64,000 bases of DNA from Nitrospirota bacterium (GTDB lineage: Bacteria > Nitrospirota > UBA9217): contig OY760142.1 in NCBI GenBank assembly GCA_963663225.1, positions 1,216,001 through 1,280,000 on the forward strand, written 5' to 3'. Numbering within the stretch: position 1 is the first letter of the stretch; the number at the start of each line of letters is the position of its first letter. Positions 59,444-64,000 of the stretch are shown one piece after another. Under the pieces are notes generated by a model. The model searched no databases. It saw only the letters and a list, made by a program, of their open reading frames with translations, and was not told where the DNA came from. A program made the position numbers and the translations under genes.

Positions 59444-60136
59444 ATGAAAAAAAACAAAACCCCTGATTCCCTTTCCGGTGATTTCAAGAACAAACCGTTC
59501 GGGATGCTCAAGCAATTCAAATCAACAACAGCCGCGCCGGAAAAAACAAAGCTTATCCACAAGAAAAGCGCGGGCAAGAGCGGTGAACACGCAGAAAACG
59601 ACGAGGCGCTTTTTCTGCGCGCCATGGAAGGCGCCAGGTCGATGCACGAATCTCCCAGGACCGTGACGGCTTCCTCCAGGCAAAAAGCACCGGCTAACCC
59701 TGCGGCCGCTGCAGAGGAGGATGAAAAACTCTTTCTGCAGGCGATGCAGAAGATGGGAACGACATTCCGGGATTCATTTCAGAAAACCGACAATGAAGAC
59801 ACGGAATTCCGGTCAGCATCGAACCGCATGCGCCAATTAAAACGCGGAACAATCCGGATCAGCCAGGAACTCGACCTGCACGGGTATTTGAAGGAGGAGG
59901 CACTCGCCCGGCTTGGGCATTTTATCGGCGATGCCTTCAGCCGGGGCCAGAAGGCGGTCCTGGTAATCACGGGGAAGGGGATCAATTCGCCGGAAGGACC
60001 GGTGCTGCAGGGGGCGGTTGCCGCGTGGCTGCGGGGGCAGGGAAAGGCGCTGGTCTCCGAATTCTTTCCCGCGCCGCAGAACCGGGGCGGCAGCGGCGCG
60101 TTTGTGATATTTCTGAAGGCGAAAAAAAAAGAATAG
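59444..60136 (+). CDS. Smr/MutS2 C-terminal domain protein
   Basis: LDLHG, LVITGKG and GGSGA motifs. Confidence 0.9.
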   Translation: MKKNKTPDSLSGDFKNKPFGMLKQFKSTTAAPEKTKLIHKKSAGKSGEHAENDEALFLRAMEGARSMHESPRTVTASSRQKAPANPAAAAEEDEKLFLQAMQKMGTTFRDSFQKTDNEDTEFRSASNRMRQLKRGTIRISQELDLHGYLKEEALARLGHFIGDAFSRGQKAVLVITGKGINSPEGPVLQGAVAAWLRGQGKALVSEFFPAPQNRGGSGAFVIFLKAKKKE

Positions 60137-60139
60137 GAA

Positions 60140-61966
60140 TCAGCGCGGCTCTTTTTTGCCAGGCAGCCTCAGAATATTCCGGATTTCCTCTCCTTCTATG
60201 GTCTCCTTTTCGAGTAGCGCCGCGGCGAGCGTCTTCAGATTGCTCTGGTTGGATTTCAGCAGTTTCTGCACTTTTTTATACGCGGCGTCCACAATCCGTT
60301 TTACCTCCTGATCGATCTCTCTCGCCGTTTCTTCGCTGTATTCCCTCGATCCCTGCGGCATTCCGATGTCCAGAAAGAGCGGGCGCCGTTCCCGTTCGAA
60401 GGTAAGCGGTCCGAACGCGTCGGTCATGCCGTATTCCGTCACCATGCTGCGCGCGATGACAGCCGCCCGTTGCAGGTCATTCTGCGCGCCGGTCGAAACT
60501 TCCTTGAAGATGAGTTTTTCCGCGACGCGGCCGCCGAGCATGACGCACAGCTTGTCCTGGAGCTCGGATTTTGTCATCAGATACCGGTCTTCGGTCGGCA
60601 ACTGAAGCGTATAGCCGAGGGCCGCAATGCCGCGTTGCACGATCGAAACCCGGTGCACCGGATCAGTGGTCGGCAGAAGTTCGGCAACGATCGTATGGCC
60701 GCATTCGTGGTATGCTACTATTTCCTTTTCTTTTTTATTCATGACGCGCCGCTTTTTTTCGAGACCCGCAACGATGCGGTCGATGGCGGCTTCGAAGTCA
60801 GTCATGTCCACGTGCGACTTGTTTTTGCGCGCGGCCAGGAGCGCGGCTTCATTCACGATGTTGGCCAGGTCCGCACCGACAAAACCCGGGGTCCGGGCCG
60901 CAAGGACGGAAATGTCCACTTCCTTCGAGAGTTTCACGCCGCGGATGTGGATTTTGAGAATATCTTCCCGGTCCTTGATATTCGGACGGTCCACCAGCAC
61001 GTGGCGGTCGAAACGTCCGGGCCGCAGCAGCGCGGGATCGAGGATCTCCGGCCGGTTGGTCGCCGCCATGATGATCACGCCTTTTCGCGCATCGAAACCG
61101 TCCATCTCCGCCAGGAGCTGGTTGAGGGTCTGCTCCCGCTCCTCATGGGCCCCCGCTATGCCCACGCCGCGCGCGCGCCCGAGTGCGTCCAGTTCATCGA
61201 TGAAGATGATGCACGGGGCCTTTTGTTCGGCCTGCTGGAACAGGTCGCGCACGCGCGACGCGCCGACGCCGACGAACATCTCGACGAATTCAGAACCGCT
61301 CATGGAGAAAAACGGAACCTTTGCCTCTCCTGCCACAGCCTTTGAAAGCAGCGTTTTACCCGTGCCCGGCGGCCCCACCAGCAGCACGCCTTTCGGTATG
61401 CGGCCTCCCAGCCGGGTGAATTTTTCCGGATGCTGCAGAAAATCGATGATTTCGACAAGCTCGTCTTTTGCCTCATCGACGCCCGCGACATCGGCGAACG
61501 TGACTTTTATGTCGCTCTCCCCGTATATCTTTGCGTGAGACTTCCCGAAGCTCATAAAGCGTTCACCCGCTCCGCCTGCGCCGCTCATTTTTCGAAAAAC
61601 AAAGCTCCAGATGACGACGAGAATAATAAGAGGAAGAATCCAGGCGAGGAAAAAATCCTTTAAAAAATTGTCCGACAGCTCGCCGCGGTAGGAAATGCCG
61701 GTGCTGTCCAGCAATTTTACCAGATCGCTGTCTTCGATGCGTACAACAGTAAACGCTTTTTCTTTTTCGCCGGTTTTTTGGGGGAGAAGAACGCCTTTAA
61801 TGGAATCGCGGGTAAGTACGAGGTTTTTGACCTGCTTTTCCGCGAGGAGCGTTTTAAACGTACTGTAGGGGATGTCCGTTGCCGAAGGCTCGGCATACAT
61901 GCGAAACAGCGTGATTGTCACCAGGAACAGCGCAATATAGAAAAAAAGAAGGTAGTTTTTTTTCAT
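60140..61966 (-). CDS. ftsH: ATP-dependent zinc metalloprotease FtsH
   Basis: [26 protein letters not shown] and HECGH motifs. Confidence 0.96.
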   Translation of the reverse strand: MKKNYLLFFYIALFLVTITLFRMYAEPSATDIPYSTFKTLLAEKQVKNLVLTRDSIKGVLLPQKTGEKEKAFTVVRIEDSDLVKLLDSTGISYRGELSDNFLKDFFLAWILPLIILVVIWSFVFRKMSGAGGAGERFMSFGKSHAKIYGESDIKVTFADVAGVDEAKDELVEIIDFLQHPEKFTRLGGRIPKGVLLVGPPGTGKTLLSKAVAGEAKVPFFSMSGSEFVEMFVGVGASRVRDLFQQAEQKAPCIIFIDELDALGRARGVGIAGAHEEREQTLNQLLAEMDGFDARKGVIIMAATNRPEILDPALLRPGRFDRHVLVDRPNIKDREDILKIHIRGVKLSKEVDISVLAARTPGFVGADLANIVNEAALLAARKNKSHVDMTDFEAAIDRIVAGLEKKRRVMNKKEKEIVAYHECGHTIVAELLPTTDPVHRVSIVQRGIAALGYTLQLPTEDRYLMTKSELQDKLCVMLGGRVAEKLIFKEVSTGAQNDLQRAAVIARSMVTEYGMTDAFGPLTFERERRPLFLDIGMPQGSREYSEETAREIDQEVKRIVDAAYKKVQKLLKSNQSNLKTLAAALLEKETIEGEEIRNILRLPGKKEPR

Positions 61967-62094
61967 GCTGCCCTCATTCGTGCGGACGTAGTGAGGTTAG
62001 GCAGGCTTTCCTGTGCATGACTGCTGGAAGAACGAAGAACGACGTTTCTAAAAATACTACTCTCTTAGGGACCTATTCACAAATGGCCGGGCTG

Positions 62095-62598
62095 TCAGGG
62101 CTGCCGCTGCGGATCGTACAGAGGATCACCCCACTGCGTCTGAGCGCCGGGCCGCATTTGGTCTTTCTGCCAGAGTTTCAATTCTTTTAAAATGAGGAGA
62201 GGATAATCAAATTCATTGTCGCCCAGGGCTTTCAGACGGGTGCCAGCCACTTCGGCTGCTACCGTAATATCGCGTCCGAGAGCATAGGCTAACGAATCCA
62301 GGTGACGGTAGGAAAACACGAGATAATATCCGCCCGAGCTGGTCGTACGGACAGGCTTGCCCCAGTAGTCGAGGGGCTTCTGCACGACGGTCAATAAGGA
62401 ACCCTGCTTCGCATCGGCAACCTGTTCTATGGTGCCGCCCAGGATGAGGATTTTTCCCTTATAGAGATTGGGGTCCGCACGCAGCATTTCGAAGGTTATG
62501 CTTTTGTCCGCCTTGTCAACCACGGCTGAAGAAAGCACGGATGTGCACCCGCTGAGCAACAGGACGGCTATGAACAGAAGTCCGACAGGATGTGCCAA
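62095..62598 (-). CDS. Slp family outer-membrane lipoprotein
   Basis: Lipobox LSGC; LGGTI; QKPLD..GKP; GRDITVA; YP motif. Confidence 0.82.
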   Translation of the reverse strand: MAHPVGLLFIAVLLLSGCTSVLSSAVVDKADKSITFEMLRADPNLYKGKILILGGTIEQVADAKQGSLLTVVQKPLDYWGKPVRTTSSGGYYLVFSYRHLDSLAYALGRDITVAAEVAGTRLKALGDNEFDYPLLILKELKLWQKDQMRPGAQTQWGDPLYDPQRQP

Positions 62599-62639
62599 GG
62601 AACACCTCTCACCAAAGGGTTATACTCATTGCCGGAACA

Positions 62640-62918
62640 TTACCGTGCATCGATGTTCGTCGGCCGGTGCCGCTCCGATTCGTGTTCTATTTTCTTTTTG
62701 ACTTTATCCGGGATGTCCAAACCGGTAAGGTCGAAGTTTCCGAGTTCTTTCGCTAAAAGATTGATCTTTTCACTGTTTTGAAGGTGCTTGTTGATAATAA
62801 TTCTTCTGGTGGTGACGACTCTGCACGATCCGCCCTTTGACGTTTTAAGATCGTCGTACGATATTTTGACGGACAGCGCGAGTGCGATTTTTTCGAGATC
62901 AGTAAGGGTAACTTTCAT
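62640..62918 (-). CDS. Hypothetical protein
   Basis: 92 aa; GGSCRV..RRIIINK.L..EK..LAKEL pattern. Confidence 0.7.
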   Translation of the reverse strand: MKVTLTDLEKIALALSVKISYDDLKTSKGGSCRVVTTRRIIINKHLQNSEKINLLAKELGNFDLTGLDIPDKVKKKIEHESERHRPTNIDAR

Positions 62919-63231
62919 ACGTGGTTATACTCTAAATATAGCAGAATTGTGGACATGCTAAATACCTGGTTTGAAAAAAAATGCTCAAATGAAAAAGAAC
63001 ATAAAATAGTATTTTATGTTCGTGAGAGTGCACCGTCATACTGGCATAATGCAGAAGTCATTCCCAAGTCAAGCGGAAATAAAGTATCATAAACCAAGCG
63101 CGCAAGTCAACACCGAAAACCAGGTCCGGCTTTGCGTGCAAGAGTTGCGAAACAAGGCATGTTTTTCGGCGCCATTTTCAAGGTTTTTTAAACAACAGGA
63201 TTTTGTAAAAATAAAAGTAATAAAATTTCAC

Positions 63232-63260
63232 TTGCTATTTTAATCTTTCCTGTATATACT
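63232..63260 (+). promoter_or_regulatory. Sigma70 promoter of HU
   Basis: TTGCTA-N17-TATACT. Confidence 0.55.
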
Positions 63261-63334
63261 TTTCGACGAATTACATAGCCCACAGCGGATGTTTTCAGAA
63301 TTTTTATTTTAATTATCCTAAAGGAGGTAGATTT

Positions 63335-63622
63335 ATGGCAAAGGCCATGACGAAGTCGCAGATTGCGGACCACATCGCGAAAAAGGCTGACATTAAAAAG
63401 AAAGTAGCAGTACAGATTCTGGAAGACATTGCAGCACTTGCATACAAGGAAGCCAAGAATGCATTTACGCTCCCCGGGCTTGGCAAGCTGGTACTCGTGC
63501 AGCGCAAGGCCCGCATGGGCAGGAACCCCCAGACCGGCGAAGCTATCAAGATCCCGGCCAAGAAAGTCGTAAAATTTCGTGTTGCCAAGGCAGCGAAAGA
63601 AGCAATTCTCGGCAAAAAATAA
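63335..63622 (+). CDS. hup: HU family DNA-binding protein
   Basis: MTKSQI, LPGLGK and ARMGRNPQTGEAIKIPAK motifs; AAGGAGG RBS. Confidence 0.95.
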   Translation: MAKAMTKSQIADHIAKKADIKKKVAVQILEDIAALAYKEAKNAFTLPGLGKLVLVQRKARMGRNPQTGEAIKIPAKKVVKFRVAKAAKEAILGKK

Positions 63623-63652
63623 TTTTTTACCCCTTAGCATAAACGGCGTTAT

Positions 63653-63693
63653 AAGAAAGGCATCCCGCGCATTCGGGATGCCTTTTCTTTTTT
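63653..63693 (+). terminator. Intrinsic terminator after HU
   Basis: AAAGGCATCCCG/CGGGATGCCTTT stem followed by a T tract. Confidence 0.88.
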
Positions 63694-63754
63694 AAAAAGA
63701 AAATGTGCAAAATGTTTTTGAGCATGGTATAACTACCGAGAAAAAGGGTTTCCT

Positions 63755-64000
63755 ATGAACAAACGCGTTCTTATTGCGATGAGCGGCGGCGTCGACAGTT
63801 CGGTTGCCGCCGCATTGCTGGTCAGGCAGGGTTTTGAGGTCAAAGGCGTGACCCTGAAATTGACTCCGGGGCAATGCTGCGATATCGGCTCAGCCCAGGC
63901 TGTTTGCGAACACTTGGGAATTCCACACGGCATGCTTGATGCGCAGGCGGAATTTACAGACGGTGTTATACAAAATTTTGTTTTGGAATATCAGCAGGGC
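63755..64000 (+). CDS. mnmA: tRNA 2-thiouridylase MnmA (5' part; runs off right edge)
   Basis: MNKRVLIAMSGGVDSSVAAALL PP-loop. Confidence 0.92.
   Translation, partial: MNKRVLIAMSGGVDSSVAAALLVRQGFEVKGVTLKLTPGQCCDIGSAQAVCEHLGIPHGMLDAQAEFTDGVIQNFVLEYQQG

Noticed and set aside
59553-59561. Perfect DnaA box TTATCCACA
   Set aside because: Isolated inside the Smr coding sequence; plausible by chance.
60470-61538. Long plus-strand ORFs (291 and 303 aa)
   Set aside because: Antisense shadows of ftsH.
1-64000. CRISPR array, rRNA, intact transposase or prophage genes
   Set aside because: No regularly spaced repeats or diagnostic motifs seen by eye.

Overview
This window is the replication-origin region of a Gram-negative, probably anaerobic bacterium. 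Gene order (dnaA-dnaN-gyrB without recF; mfd followed by SurA-type genes) suggests Nitrospirota or a deltaproteobacteria-like lineage, but that is inference. 1-22.6 kb is core: gyrB, dnaN, dnaA, hisI, HIT, an oriC with DnaA boxes and DnaA-trios, rpmH-rnpA-yidD-yidC, large-type purL, an apparently inverted mnmE-mnmG-rsmG-parAB-bactofilin block with a Clp1/Nol9-like kinase between two perfect parS sites, and pgi. 22.6-26.3 kb looks like a decayed integron (integrase fragment plus three attC-like sites). 26-36.5 kb is core (mfd, PPIases, RlmI-like MTase, tRNA-Val). About 36.6-57.5 kb is accessory: two exported caspase-family lipoproteins, a redox cassette, and a Nudix gene whose 3' end recurs three times downstream as displaced tails separating cargo (sigma28 flagellin, lipoproteins, GNAT). 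It also holds a three-gene operon of 5mC methyltransferase, UvrD helicase-PD-(D/E)XK nuclease fusion and Vsr, the best candidate for an undescribed defence/restriction system. 57.6-64 kb is core (dksA, HD-GYP, Smr, ftsH, HU, start of mnmA). No CRISPR array, rRNA or intact integrase/transposase was seen. All calls come from motif reading; no database search was run.
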